The position numbers and the translations under genes were made by a program. A stretch of DNA of 64,000 nt from Torpedo marmorata (lineage: Eukaryota): assembly GCA_977017645.1 (NCBI GenBank), contig OZ360237.1, positions 72,912,001 to 72,976,000 of the forward strand. Direction: 5' to 3'. A model generated the notes under the pieces. It did no database searches and was not told the origin of the DNA. It worked only from the letters and a program-made list of their open reading frames with translations. Shown in pieces: positions 26,001-38,847 of the stretch; the stretch's first letter is position 1, and each line of letters opens with the position of its first letter.

Positions 26001-28022
26001 CTGCACTCCCTGCCATAGCTGGCGTGTATCTGTCTCTGTCTCTAGCTTCCTCCGGAATTGCCACTTTGCTTCAGAGATAGCCTTCCGCAGGTCGTGCCTG
26101 GACTTTTTGTAAAGATCCTGGTCCCCGGCCTTAAACGCCCTTGTTCTCGTCCTCAGCAGGTTGCTAATTCTGTGATTCATCCAGGGCTTCTGGTTGGGGA
26201 ACACCCGGTATTTGCGTGTGGGCACACACTCATCCACGCAGGTCTTGATGAAGTCGGTGACACCTGTTGCATATTCATTTAGGTCTATGGCTGAGTGCTT
26301 GAATATGTTCCAGTCCACCGATTCAAAGCAGTCCTGCAGACGCTCCTCCACCTCCCTCGACCATACTTTCGCCGTCCTCACCACTGGTGCTGTGGTCTTC
26401 GGTCTCTGCTTGTACGCCGGGAGTAGAAGTACTGCCAGGTGATCAGACTTGCCGAAGTGCGGTCGTGGTATGGCTTGGTATGCGTTCTTCACGGTGGTGT
26501 AGCAGTGGTCGAGTGTGTTGATTCCCCTGGTCTCGCAAGTGATGTGTTGGTGGTAGTTTGTCAGTGACTTCTTCAGATTGGCCTGATTGAAATCTCCCAC
26601 AATGATTGGGAAGGCATCAGGATGTGCTGTCTCATGGCTGTTTATCACAGTGCTCAGTCCCTCCAGTGTCAGCCTTGCGTTAGCCTGGGGCGGAATGTAC
26701 ACTGCGACCAGGATGATGGCGGTGAACTCCCTCGGCAGATAGAATGGGCGACACTTGATTGCCAGATGTTCCAGGTCGGGGGAGCAGGACTGGGACATGA
26801 CCATCACGTCTGTGCACCACGATGAATTGATGATGACACAAACGCCATCTCCCCTGGTTTTTCCAGACGCCGGTGTTCAGTCAGCGCGATGGAGGGTGTA
26901 GCCCTTGGGCTGTAGCGCCGTGTCTGGAATGTCCTCGTTTAGCCACGTTTCTGTAAAGCACATCACGCAGCACTCCCTGATGACTCTCTGATGTTGAAGT
27001 CTGGCTTGGAGTACATCAAGTTTATTCTCCAAGGATTGTACGTTGGCCAGGAGGATGGTAGGGAGCGGAAGCTTCAGATCCCCGCGTCTCAGCTTGACTT
27101 GTAGCCCCCCTCTGCGTCCACGTGGTCGGGACTTCTTTACCTGGCCCATGGGTCCACTGCCGGTAGGTCCCGCAGTGTTTAAACGGTCCGTGCGCTGTCC
27201 GTTTAAATCCTGCGCGATTTGGAAGTGTGCTGAGTGCCTGCTGTCTGCGACTCCCGCGAAGTTTAAATGGCCCGTTCTCTGGCTGTTTAAAACTCCCGCG
27301 GTGTTGTTGTAGTACTTGCGTGAGTTGTTTAAAGGTCCAGTGGCCCGACGGAGACTGCCGTTTTTGCTGATTCCTAGGTCTGCCAGCGATCTTTGTACAT
27401 CCACGTTGTCGGGTAAGTTTGATTTTATGTTTCTTATTTTTTGTTGATTTTTAGAAGTTCTGAACGGGAATATTTGATTATTCCCGTCAGAGCTGCACGC
27501 AAAGAGTCGCCGCTGTAAGGCGCCATCTTGAACATCTTGAATACGACCTACCACACACAATGATATGTTGACTATCCCTAATCAGTTTTTGGCTATCCAA
27601 ATAATTGTATATCCAATCTCTTAGAACACCTTCCAATAATTTACATACTACTGATGTCAGGCTCACCAGTCTATAATTTCCAGGGTTACTTTTGGAGCCT
27701 TTTTTAAACAACGGAACAACGTGAGCTACCATCCAATCCTCCGGCACCACACACGTGGCTAAGGACTTTAAATATTTCTGCCAGAGCCACTGCAATTTCT
27801 ACACTAGCCTCCTTCAAGGTCCGAGGGAATATCTTGTCAGGCCCTGAGGATTTATCCACCCTTACTTGATTTAAGACAGCAAACACTTCCTCCTCTTTAA
27901 TCTGTATAGGTTCCATGACACTGCTTGTTTTCCTTACTTCACATGACTCAATGCCTGTTTCCTGAGTAAATACTGATGAAAAAATACATTTAAGATCTCC
28001 CCCATCTCTTTTGGCTCCATAC
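23052..28022 (-). mobile_element. CR1 LINE (HER1-like), 5'-truncated, split by a full-length Rex1
   Basis: ORF pieces [56 protein letters not shown]. Segments are 23052-24302 and 27538-28022. Confidence 0.93.
24303..27537 (-). mobile_element. Full-length Rex1/Babar family A LINE (about 3.2 kb; APE endonuclease plus RT, disrupted)
   Basis: 5' end CAAGATGGCGCC. ORF pieces ILLANVQSL..FTETWL, VGDFN..LDHCY..SDH, DYSSAFN, FADD. (TTCTGA)n tail. Several frameshifts and stops. Confidence 0.96.
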
Positions 28023-28034
28023 AAATCCTGTCTG

Positions 28035-28204
28035 AACCCACACCAAACATTGGGAATATATCATTGACCCATTCCATAAGATGGTGATGTACCACTGACT
28101 CACTCCATAGAAAAGTGATACACCACTGATCATCTCATTAGGATGGTGATATATCACTAACCCATTCTCCACAGAATGGTGATACACCACTGACCCTCTC
28201 CATA
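28035..28204. repeat. Minisatellite, unit about 30 bp (ATGGTGATACACCACTGACCCATTCCATAGA), 5-6 degenerate copies
   Basis: Directly visible periodicity. Confidence 0.8.
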
Positions 28205-28406
28205 GAATCAGAATCAGAATCAGAATTTATTGTCATGAACAAGTCACGAAATTCGGTGTTTTGCGGCAGCATCATAGTGCAAACTTTCATATTCTGAACC
28301 ATCTTACAACAATAATATAAAAAAATAAAAATAGTAGTGCACGAAAAGTAAGGCAGTATCTTTGGTTCATTAATTATTCAGGAACCTGATGGCAGCAGAG
28401 AAGAAG

Positions 28407-29657
28407 TAAAACACGAAAATCTGCAGACACCGTGGTTGAAGTAAAAATAACAAATGCTGGAGAAACTCAGCAGGTCAAACAGTGTATTTTATGTAGCAAA
28501 GGTAGAAATACATTACCGACGTTTCGGGCTTGAGCCCTTCATCAAAGTATGAGAAAATGCCGGCAGGCATTCAAACAAAAGAGTGAGGGGGGAAGGGGGG
28601 TGGCAAAGGCAGGAGATTATAGGTGGAGAAAGGAGGGAGGGGACAACAGCAAAGAGGGGGAGGAGGGATGGCTGGGTAGGTGGAGAAAAGCAGGAAGGAC
28701 AGGTGAGGGGGGAGGGGAAGGGAACGACAAGCAGGTTTAGTGGAAAGCAGAAAAGTCAATGTTAATGCCATCTGGCTGGAGAGTGCCGAGACGGAAAATG
28801 AGATGTTGTTCCTCCAATTTGCGGGTAGTTTGGGTGGGATAGTACATAAGGCCATGGACAGACATGTGAGTGTGGGAGTGTGACCCGGAATTGAAATGGT
28901 TGGCTACTGGGAGGTCGCTGTTGTTGCGGACGGAGAGGAGGTGCTCAGCAAAGCGGTCTCCCAATCTACGACCGGTCTCTCCGATGTAGAGAAAGCCACA
29001 AAGGGAGCACCGGATGCAGTAAATAAGTTCAAGTGAAGTGTAGTTTAACTTGGAAGGCCTGTTTGGGGCCCTGGACCGTGGTGAGGGGGGAGGTGTGGGC
29101 GCAGGTGTTGCACCTCCTGCGGGCACAGGGGAAGGTGCCGGGGGTGCGATGGGTGGGGAGGGATGAGTGCACGAGTGAATCGTGGAGGGAGCGGTCCCTA
29201 CGGAAGGCCAAGAGGGGAGGAGAAGGAAAAATGTGTCTGGTGGTGGGATCCTGTAGTAAGTGCCGGAAATTCCGGCGGATAATGTGTTGGATGCGGAGGC
29301 TGGTGGGGTGGTAGGTGAGGATGAGGGGGATTCTATGTTTGTTGCGTCTGGGGGCAGAGGGGGCCAGGGCAGATGAGCGGAACATGGAGGAGATGCGGGT
29401 GACGGCTGAGTTGATGGTGGTGGAGGGGAAGCCACCTTTGTGGAAAAAGGCAGACATTTCAGAAGATCTGGAGTGGAACACCTCATCTTGGGAACAGATG
29501 CGGCAGAGGCGGAGAAATTGAGAGAAGGGGATGGAATCCTTGCAGGGGACAGGGTGTGAGGAAGTGTAGTCCAGATAGTTGTGGGAGTTGGAGGGTTTGT
29601 AGTAAATGTCGGTGGAAAGCTTGTCTCCTGAGATGGAGACAGAGAGATCCAGGAAGG
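28407..29657 (-). mobile_element. Penelope-like element, 5'-truncated
   Basis: GIY-YIG-coding ORFs 28737-29486. 12-bp TSD GCAGAGAAGAAG (28395-28406 / 29658-29669). Confidence 0.95.
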
Positions 29658-30237
29658 GCAGAGAAGAAGCTGTCCTTGTGCCGCTGAGTGCTCGTCTTTA
29701 GGCTCCTGTACCTTTTTCCTGATGGTAGCAGAGTGAAGAGAGCATGCCCTAGGTGGTGGGGGTCTTTGAGGATAGAGGCTGCTTTTTTAAGACACCGCCT
29801 CATGTAGATGTCCTCGATGGAGTGAAGTCTGGTGCCTGTGATGTCACAGGCCGAGTTAACAACCCTCTGGAGTTTTTTCTTGTCCTGAGATTTGGCGCCT
29901 CCATACCAGACAGTAATGCAATCAGCCAGAATGCTCTCCACGGTACATCTGTAGAAGTTTACGAGAGTCTTCGGTGACATACCGAATCTTCTTAGACACC
30001 TCACAAAGTATAGCCGCTGGCGGGCCTTCTTCGTGATTGCATCAACATGGAGGATCCAGGACAGATCCTTGGACATGTTGACACCCAGGAATTTGAAGTT
30101 CTTGACCCTCTCCACTACTGAACCCTCGATGAGGACTGGGTCATGTTCCCCTGACTCCCTCCTGAAGTCCACAATCATCTCCTTGGTTTTTCTAACGTTG
30201 AGCTCAAGGTTGTTGATGTGACACCATTCAAAGAATA

Positions 30238-31208
30238 GTCAGTACGAATTGGAAACAACGTCTCCTCCTCACTGATTATCAACACAGGCGCACCCCAAGG
30301 ATGCGTGCTTAGTCCTCTGCTCTACTCGTTGTACACCCATGACTGTGTGGCCAGGCACAATTCTAATGCCATCTACAAGTTTGCCGATGACACCATAGTT
30401 GTCGGCAGAATCACAAACGGCAATGAGGAAGCATACAGGAGGGAGATAGATCAGCTCGTTGAATGATGTAACGAAAACAACCTTGAGCTCAACGTCAGCA
30501 AAACCATGGAGATGATTGTGGACTTCAGGAGGAACACGACCCAGTCCTCATCGAGGGCTCAGTAGTGGAGAGGGTCAAGAACTTCAAATTCCTGGGTGTC
30601 AACATCTCCGAGGATCTGTCCTGGAGCCTCCACGTTGATGCAATCACAAAGAAGGCTCGCCAGCGGCTATACTTTGTGAGGTGTCTGAGGAGATTCGGTA
30701 TGTCACCGAAGACTCTCGAAAACTTCTACAGGTGTACCATGGAGAGTATTCTGGCTGGTTGCATCACTGCCTGGTATGGAGGCGCCAACTCTCAGGACAA
30801 GAATAAACTCCAGAGAGTTGTTAATTCGGCCTGTGACATCACAGGCACCAGACTTCACTCCATCGAGGACATCTACACGAGACGGTGTCTTAAAAGAGCA
30901 GCCTCTGTCCTCAAAGACCCCCACCACCCAGGCTATGCCCTTTTCACTCTGCTACCATTGGGAAAATGGCACAGGAGCATAAAGTCAAGCACTCAACGGG
31001 ACAAGGACAGCTTCTTCCCCGTTGTCATCAGATTCCTTAATAATCAATGAACCAAAGACACTGACTTACGTTTCGTGCACTATTATTTATAATTTTTTTA
31101 ATAGTAATGTTGTAAGATGGTAATAATATAAACGTTTGCACTATGATGCTGCCGCAAAACTCCGAATTTCATGACTTGTTCATGACAATAAATTCTGATT
31201 CTGATTCT
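30238..31208 (+). mobile_element. Rex1/Babar family A, 5'-truncated, inserted antisense into its own family
   Basis: ORF 30565-31050. Tail AATAAATTCTGATTCTGATTCT. Confidence 0.93.
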
Positions 31209-31523
31209 ATCTCCCTCCTGTACGCTTCCTCATTGCCCTTTGTGATTCTGCCGACAACTGTGGTGTCATCGGCAAACTTGTAGATAGCATTGGAATTGTG
31301 CCTGGCCACACAGTCGTGGGTGTATAATGAGTAGAGCAGTGGGCTAAGCACGCATCCTTGGGGTGCGCCTGTGTTGATAATCAATGAGGAGGAGACGTTG
31401 CTTCCAATTCGTACTGACTGTGGTCTTCTGATGAGAAAGTCAAGGATCCAGTTGCAGAGTGGGGTACAGAGGCCCAGAGTTTGTAGCTTGTTGACCAGCA
31501 TTGAGGGATTAATGGTATTGAAG

Positions 31524-32035
31524 TAAAAACACAAAATGCTGGAGAAGCTCAGCAGGTCAAACAGTGTCCTTTGTGTAGCAAAGGTAAAGATACATAACCG
31601 ACATTTCGGGCTTGAGCCCTTCATCAAAGTATGAGAAAATGCCGGCAGGCATCCGAACAAAAGAGTGGGGAGAGGGGGGGGGGTGAAGGGGGGTGGCAAA
31701 GGCAGGAGATGATAGGTGGAGAAAGGAGGGAGGAGACGGCAGAAATGAGGGGGAGGAGGGATGGCTGGGTAGGTGGAAGAACTGGAAGGAGAGGGAAGGG
31801 GGGAGGGGAAGTAAAAGGCGAGCAGGCTTAGTGGAAAGCAGAAGAGTCAATGTTAATGCCATCTGGCTGGAGAGTGCCCAGACGGAAAATAAGGTGTTGT
31901 TCCTCCAATTTGCAGGTGGTCTGGGTGGGATAGTACATAAGGCCATGGACAGACGTGAGTGAGGGAGTGTGACTCGGAATTGAAATGGTTGGCTACTGGC
32001 AGGTCGCTGTTGTTGCGGACGGAGAGGAGGTGCTC
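31524..32035 (-). mobile_element. Penelope-like element 3' fragment
   Basis: EHLLSVRNNSDLPVANHFNS coding plus 3'UTR. 12-bp TSD ATGGTATTGAAG (31512-31523 / 32036-32047). Confidence 0.93.
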
Positions 32036-32163
32036 ATGGTATTGAAGACTGAGCTGTAGTCGATGAAGATCAGCCGTATGTATGAGTTGCTGTTTTCGAG
32101 GTGTTCCAAAGCTGAGTGGAGAGCCAGCGATGTTGCATCTGCTGTGGAGCGATTGTGATGATT

Positions 32164-32313
32164 GTATCAACATGCATCAACATGGAGGCTCCAGGACAGA
32201 TCCTCGGAGATGTTGACACCCAAGAATTTGAAGTTCTTGACCCTCTCCACTACTGAGCCCTCGATGAGGACTGGGTTGTGTTCCCCTGACTCCCTCCTGA
32301 AGTCCACAATCAT
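32164..32313 (-). mobile_element. Extra internal Rex family A fragment at the host 5' junction
   Basis: Repeats the MIVDFRRESGEH..LSWSLHVDA segment already present at 30035-30180. Confidence 0.85.
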
Positions 32314-33619
32314 CCTATTTGATAGCATAGCAATGCAGTACTCACCCACTCGATAGGATGGTGATACTCCATCCCAATCTGCTTTATTTTGGAGCAACTG
32401 TACTACTACAAATCATAGCATTGTGATACTTTATTGTAACTCATACCAGGGCAGTGACATTACACCATGGAATGTCAATGCTTTGTCTCAACCTACAGGC
32501 AGCAATGATGTAATTTGCACTCTCTAATATTTGCCTCTTTGTGGGTGGGTGTCGACTTCCTCCCTCACTGACACCACCTCTATAAGGATAGCAGACATTT
32601 ATAACAACTGGAAAATGCTGAAGAAATGTGCTCATCACTTTGCAAATTCCAAGAATGCGTCTATGGTCGCTTGCACATGTGAGCAGAATGTTCCGTGCCC
32701 ACACAGGTCATTTTATTAAATCTGCATGGATTATAGTCATTGAATACTGTCCAAGTCGCCCACATGACATTGGAAAATGTGATCAGAAGCTTTTAAAGCA
32801 CTTCACGAATATTTTTAAACCTAACCAACCTAATTTGAACTGCTGCTGCATGTAATGGAACAAAAAGATTGAAACCAGCCTTACAATTGTCTAAGGGCTC
32901 CTCAAATCTGGCCTCATGTGCATCCTTGATTTTTATCTTCTTTGGCAGTCAGTCTCTGGAATTCCCTTCCCATATTTCCCTGCTTCACTTTCCCCCTGAC
33001 CTTTCTTTTAAGATAATCATTAAAAACTGTCTCTCTACCCTAATGTGAGCTCGGAGTTTAGTTCCAAAAGTTGTTTGACACTGCACTTTGACTCGAAAAT
33101 GCCACGTCAGACGAACTGCAGAAATACAAGTTATTGTCCTTGTTATGCCCTCAGTATTCTTGATGCTGGCACTGTAAGAAAATAAAAAGTGAGGATAATA
33201 TTCCACCGCTCACTTTTCAGCATTTCAACTCTTTGCTTGATCAAAAAAGCAAAATGCAAAACCAACCAAAATCCAAAGTATTTGAGATGATCTAAAGCAT
33301 AGCTTTCCCCTGGGGAATATTGTGCACTAAAGGTAGAGTCATACAGCATGGTGAGAGGTCCTTTAGCCCACTGGGAATATCTATGGACTATCAACCACCA
33401 ATTTACATGAATTTCCAATGTATTCAGCCACATTCCCATCAACTCTCCCAGATTCTACCACTCACCTACACACTGGGAACTACTTTCAGTGGCCAGTTAA
33501 AGAAGTTAACGTACCATCCATCATGCCCTTGAGGTGTAGTAAGAAGTCAGACCACCCGGGGAAAATCTATGCAGTCACAGAGTGAATGTAGGGACTCCAC
33601 TTGAGGTCAGAATTGAACC

Positions 33620-36353
33620 AAAAATAGAAAAATTAATTGGTAGAACAAAACAAAGATATTATGAATTGGGAGAAAGAGCACATAAAGTTCTAGCATGGCA
33701 ATTAAAAAAAGAACAAGTTTCTAAAATTATAAATGCTATAAGAAAAAAAAGTACTGGTGAAATAACCTATAAACCTCAAGAAATAAACGATTCCTTTAGA
33801 GAATATTATCAGAATTTATACACTTCACAGATTGATCAAGATGTTACAAAAATTGATAATTTTTTATCTAAAATTACATTGCCTAAATTAAATAATTTTA
33901 ATAGAGATTTGTTAGATTTACCTATTACAATGAGAGAAGTAGTTGAAGCTTTATCGACATTGAAAAGTGGTAAATCTCCTGGTGATGATGGATTTCCGAT
34001 AGAGTTTTATAAGAAGTTTAAAGATTTACTGATACCTATATATATGGAAGTATTGACTCAAATAAAGGAAACTAATTTATTACCGAAAACATTTTTAAAT
34101 GCTGTTTTTACAGTTATACCAAAGAAAGATAGAGATGTATTAAAAACTGAGTCATACAGACCTATATCACTGTTGAATGTAGATTATAAATTAATGGCAA
34201 AAATTTTGACAAACAGATTAGCTAAGTTTTTACCGCTTTTAATACATCCAGATCAAGCAGGATTTATTAAAAATAGATATTCGAAGGATAATATAGCAAG
34301 ATTAATAAGTTTAATTAATTTGCAAAAAAGGAAACAGGATTTACCGTTGGTGATAACATTAGATGCAGAAAAAGCATTTGATTGATTAGAATGGAATTTT
34401 TTATTTAAGGTTTTAGAGAAATATGGGTTTGGAAATACTTTTATAAATTGGATTAAGACTATATATAAGGAACCTACAGCTAGAGTAATTACAAATGGTC
34501 AGATATCATCTAAATTTTCCTTGACGCGATCAACAAGACAAGGATGTCCTTTATCACCTGCTTTATTTGTATTGGCAATGGAACCGCTGGCTGAAATGAT
34601 TAGGAAAGATATCAATATAAATGGGATTAAGGTAGGTGCAGAAGAGCATAAAATTAGTTTATTTGCAGATGATGTATTAATATATATGACAAAATCTATT
34701 GGATCGCTTCAACAATTAGCTAAGATACTGAGGGAGTATGGTGAGATATCTGGTTATAAAATAAATTCAGATAAGAGTGAAATAATGGCTTTATCTCAAG
34801 GAGATTATACTAAATGTAAAGAGGTTACAGGATTTAAATGGGCTAAAGAAGCAATTAAATATTTGGGAGTTAAAGTAGATACAAAATTGGAAAATTTATA
34901 TAAATTAAATTATATACCTCTATTTCAGAAAATAAAGAAAGATTTGGAAAATTGGAAAGATTTACCTATAACCCTAATGGGAAGAGTGAATTGTATTAAA
35001 ATGAATATCTTTCCAAGAGTTCAATACCTTTTTCAATCTATACTTTTTGGAATTCCTCAAAAATTTTTTAAAGATTTAAAAATCATTGTTAGAAAATTTT
35101 TATGGAAAGTAAAATTAGCAAGGGTAAGTATGGATAAATTAACTTGGGAATATGAGATGGGTGGATTACAACTCCCTAATTTTCAATATTATTATAAGGC
35201 AGCACAATTAAAGTTTATTAATCAATTTTTTGATTTAACTAAATCTACTGCTTGGATTAATATAGAATTGAATAATATAGGGGAAAGATATAAGGAAGAT
35301 ATTATTTATAAATGGAATTCTAAATTATTATTAGTTAAAAAGAAAAAATCACCGATTATTAAACATTTACTGGAAATCTGGACTCAGTTAGACAATGAGA
35401 TAGGACGAAAAGGGTCATTATCTTTGAATATGCCATTGTATCAGAATTTATTGTTACCTTTTTCTATTGATAATCAATTTTTAAAATTATGGTTTCAAAA
35501 AGGAATTAAGAAGATTAAAGATTGTTTTGAGGCTGGAAGATTTGTTACATTTTCTAGGTTGAAAGAAAAATTTGGAATATTGGATAATACAATTTTAGCT
35601 TATTATCAGGTTAAAGGATTTTTAGTTGAGAAATTGGGGAATCAATTAATAACTCCTAGACAGGATGGATTAGAATTATTAATTACTAATGGAAATGTTA
35701 ACAAGTTTATATCACAAATGTATAGATTACTTCAGAGAAAGATGCTTAAGGTAGGATTGCATAAATCAAGATTAAATTGGGAATCAGATTTAAATATTAA
35801 TATAGATGAAAAACATTGGAAAGAATTATGTAAATTGAGTATGACCAAAATTATTAATGTTAGATATAGATTAGTACAATATAATTTTTTTCATCAATTA
35901 TATTTAACACCTAAAAAATTAAAGAAATTTAATCCGGCATTATCAGATATGTGTTTTAGATGTAGGGATGAAATAGGTTCTTTTGTACACTGTACATGGT
36001 CATGTTTAAAAATTCAAAATTTTTGGTCTAAAGTTAAGGATTTTTTGGATAGAATTTTTAATATTACGGTTCCAATGGACCCTATGTTATTTTTATTTGG
36101 AGATATTAAAAAATTTAGTATTAGAAATAGATTGAATATGTATCAAATAGAATTTTTACGAATTGTTTTAGCGGTTTCAAAAAAATGTATCGCTATTACT
36201 TGGAAATCAGATTTAGATTTGAGTTTAGATAGATTACATGCAGAATTACGTTCTTGTATACCATTGGAAAAAATTACATATAATTTACGTGATAAATATC
36301 ATTTCTTTTTGAAAATTTGGAGCCCATATATGAGAATTATGGGTATGAATTAA
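33620..36353 (+). pseudogene. L1 ORF2 (RT plus C-terminal CCHC) with a single nonsense codon
   Basis: ORFs 33582-34385 and 34521-36353 share one frame, and the gap after TGA 34383-34385 is open (DAEKAFD*LEW). Motifs YRPISLLN, RQGCPLSP, FADD, CFRC..HCTWSC. Confidence 0.94.
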
Positions 36354-36661
36354 TTCTCTAGAAGTTGGTACCGCTGGCAAAAATAACCTCCAATATATAA
36401 ATAGAATTAGCTTGTAATTTGTTTTCTCCTCACTTTAACTCTTTAATTCTTTATTATTCAACTCTTTTCTTTTCTTGTCTTTATAACTAACATTCTTTTT
36501 TTTTCTTCTTTTAGAATAGTGTTGGGGGGGTTGGGGAGGGAAGGGTGGGAGGGGGGGAGGTAATATATCACATGTATTTTAAATGATATACTATTTTTGA
36601 TTCATGTATTTTGTGATTTTAAAATTTAAATAAAATTATTAAAAAAAAAGAAAAAAAAAAA
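33620..36661 (+). mobile_element. L1-clade LINE, 5'-truncated, very AT-rich
   Basis: 11-bp TSD AGAATTGAACC (33609-33619 / 36662-36672), G-rich tract in the 3'UTR, AATAAA and polyA. Confidence 0.96.
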
Positions 36662-36845
36662 AGAATTGAACCCAGGTCACTGGAGCTTGCAGGCAGCAGC
36701 CCCATTACCTGCACCACATAGTTTGGAGGAAATATGTATCTATGCTTCAAGCAAGGAATGGTCTTGTTTTCATTGTTAAAATTATATATTTTAACATTTG
36801 ACATATCAGAGCAACTCGTATCCTAATGAGGCATTGAATGAGAAC

Positions 36846-37008
36846 CCAACCATCTTGATTATAGCACTAGCTGTGTCCACATATTTTAGTGGAATGGAGG
36901 TGATTGAGGAATAAGTTCCAGGTTCCACCATCTTGATTTCAGCACTTGTTGTGACCTTACACTTTAGTGGAATGGAGGTAACTGAGGAACAACACGTTCA
37001 AGGTTCCA
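36846..37008. repeat. Diverged tandem duplication, about 79 bp x2
   Basis: ACCATCTTGATT..AGCACT..TTTAGTGGAATGGAGGT..TGAGGAA..AGGTTCCA occurs twice in tandem. Confidence 0.85.
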
Positions 37009-37177
37009 ATGCATGAACTATAATTGAGGCTAAGTGATGCACCAGCCTAAACTGATGTCGACTCAGATGGAAAACTGCCGAATGTGAATAAAAGTTTCCC
37101 ATCAGCAAAAAATTGTCATGTGGATTCAGAATAAGCCACACACTGTCATTGGCGTGGCACTGACTTGAATAACCAGT

Positions 37178-37546
37178 TCAGAATCAGAATCAGAATTTAT
37201 TGTCATGAACAAGTCATGAAATTCGATGTTTTGCGGCAGCATCATAGTGCAAACATTCATTTTACGAACCATCTTACGACATTACTATAAAAAATTATAA
37301 ACAAAATTTTGGGGGTCATCTTATATGAGCTAAAACCATGAAATTCAGACTGAAATTGGGTCTCGTCTTATCTGAAGGTCGCCTTATCCACCGAAATATA
37401 CGGTAGTCTTTATTTGTAACCTGATTATTGTCCATTTTGCTTCCAGTGACCTTGTGACTGGAATTAGCACGAACAGTAAGGCAGTGTCTTTGGTTCATTG
37501 ATTATTCAGGAATCTGATGGCAGCGGGGAAGAAGCTGTCCTTGTGC
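37178..37546 (-). mobile_element. Rex1/Babar family A 3' end containing a captured segment of about 160 bp
   Basis: 37178-37304 and 37467-37546 match the Rex A 3'UTR; the middle matches 39331-39489. Confidence 0.9.
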
Positions 37547-38847
37547 TTCAATGTACTAATTACATTAAGGTCTGCAGGTATGGAGTGTGGGCATTCATCA
37601 GCCATGTTGGTTGGCAGAGCTGAACAAGCTGTCATTACTACTCAGGAGTGTACAGGCCAAGAGTAAAATAAAGACAGTGAGAGATTAGAAAAACTGCAGC
37701 AAACTGTGGAATAGATTGAATATGCTGCTGGGTAATTTATTCATAAAATGTTCACAGACTTCTCTTGGTTTTTTTTTGGAACGACTATAATTTGCCTCCA
37801 GAGAAGTTTCTCTTTCCCTTGTTTCCTTATTTTAAACACCATGGCATGACATTCATCTTGGGTGGTTGCACAAACTGAGTGATAACCAATCAGCAGCTTG
37901 TTTGCACCACCAAGACAAATATTGCCAGGTTATTTTTTTAAAACCACATTTTCACCACAGTTTCAATTATATCATGCCACTCACAGATCCCAGTCAAAAC
38001 AGCTGAACTAACTATTTAACAGTTATTCCTTGTTATTGAATTCCATCTTCTTCCGTATTTTTAATGAGCTGAAGGTTTTCTTCATCCTTTGTGCACCAAG
38101 TAAATATAGCTATATATATATATATACAGGTATATATACTGTATATATTTTAAAAAAACACCCTCATTACTGGAGAAATAGCCTTAAGATTTTCCTGAGC
38201 TCCCTATAATTATTTTTAAACCTATTTTTGGTTGAAATTATATTTCATCCAATCTTCCTGTCTACAAAGTTCCTGTGTTATTGAAAGCCTACTGCGTCTT
38301 CTTAATACAACTCTTTACTTTCTTGACTATATTAAGCTCCATTGCCCTTTAATCTTTTCTGATTTTTGTCTTGCACGACTTTTGAGGTATTGTTTTATGT
38401 CCTCTTGCATTTTTGTTTGTAAATGCAAAACCCAAAAAATTCAGTTTAATGAGAAATATTCCAATATCTGATTGTAGTAGTTTCATGAAACATTATGGAA
38501 GCAGATAGAGAATAAAATGTGATTTTATCTATTTTTTAAAATCTAAAGTTGATAAATTCAAAAGATAATTCAGAGACCTCATAAGCAGCTTTTATACTTT
38601 GTTTTAAAACAGGCAAGAGGAAACCATTATGGTGAAAGACTTTGAAATTTTTTTTTTAAGATCTTATGGCTAAATAGCAAATAAAATGTAGGTATTAGAG
38701 AAAGATGAAAAGTAGACAAACAAAATTGTAAAAGGACATTTAAATATAAAGGGGGAAGAAAGAAATAGGAACAGTTGATGAAAGAATTGCCTAGTGATGT
38801 TTGGAGTGGCAGTGAGTTATTATGGACAGGAGTCTTACCTGCGCATA

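Larger units (their letters stand above)
28205..32160 (-). mobile_element. Rex1/Babar family A host copy carrying three nested insertions
   Basis: Segments 28205-28406, 29658-30231, 31207-31523 and 32036-32160 join collinearly with 24303-25505. Confidence 0.88.
33330..36720 (-). mobile_element. V-SINE (older subfamily) split by the L1 insertion
   Basis: 33330-33619 is the tail and V-domain; 36662-36720 is the tRNA-like head. Confidence 0.7.
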
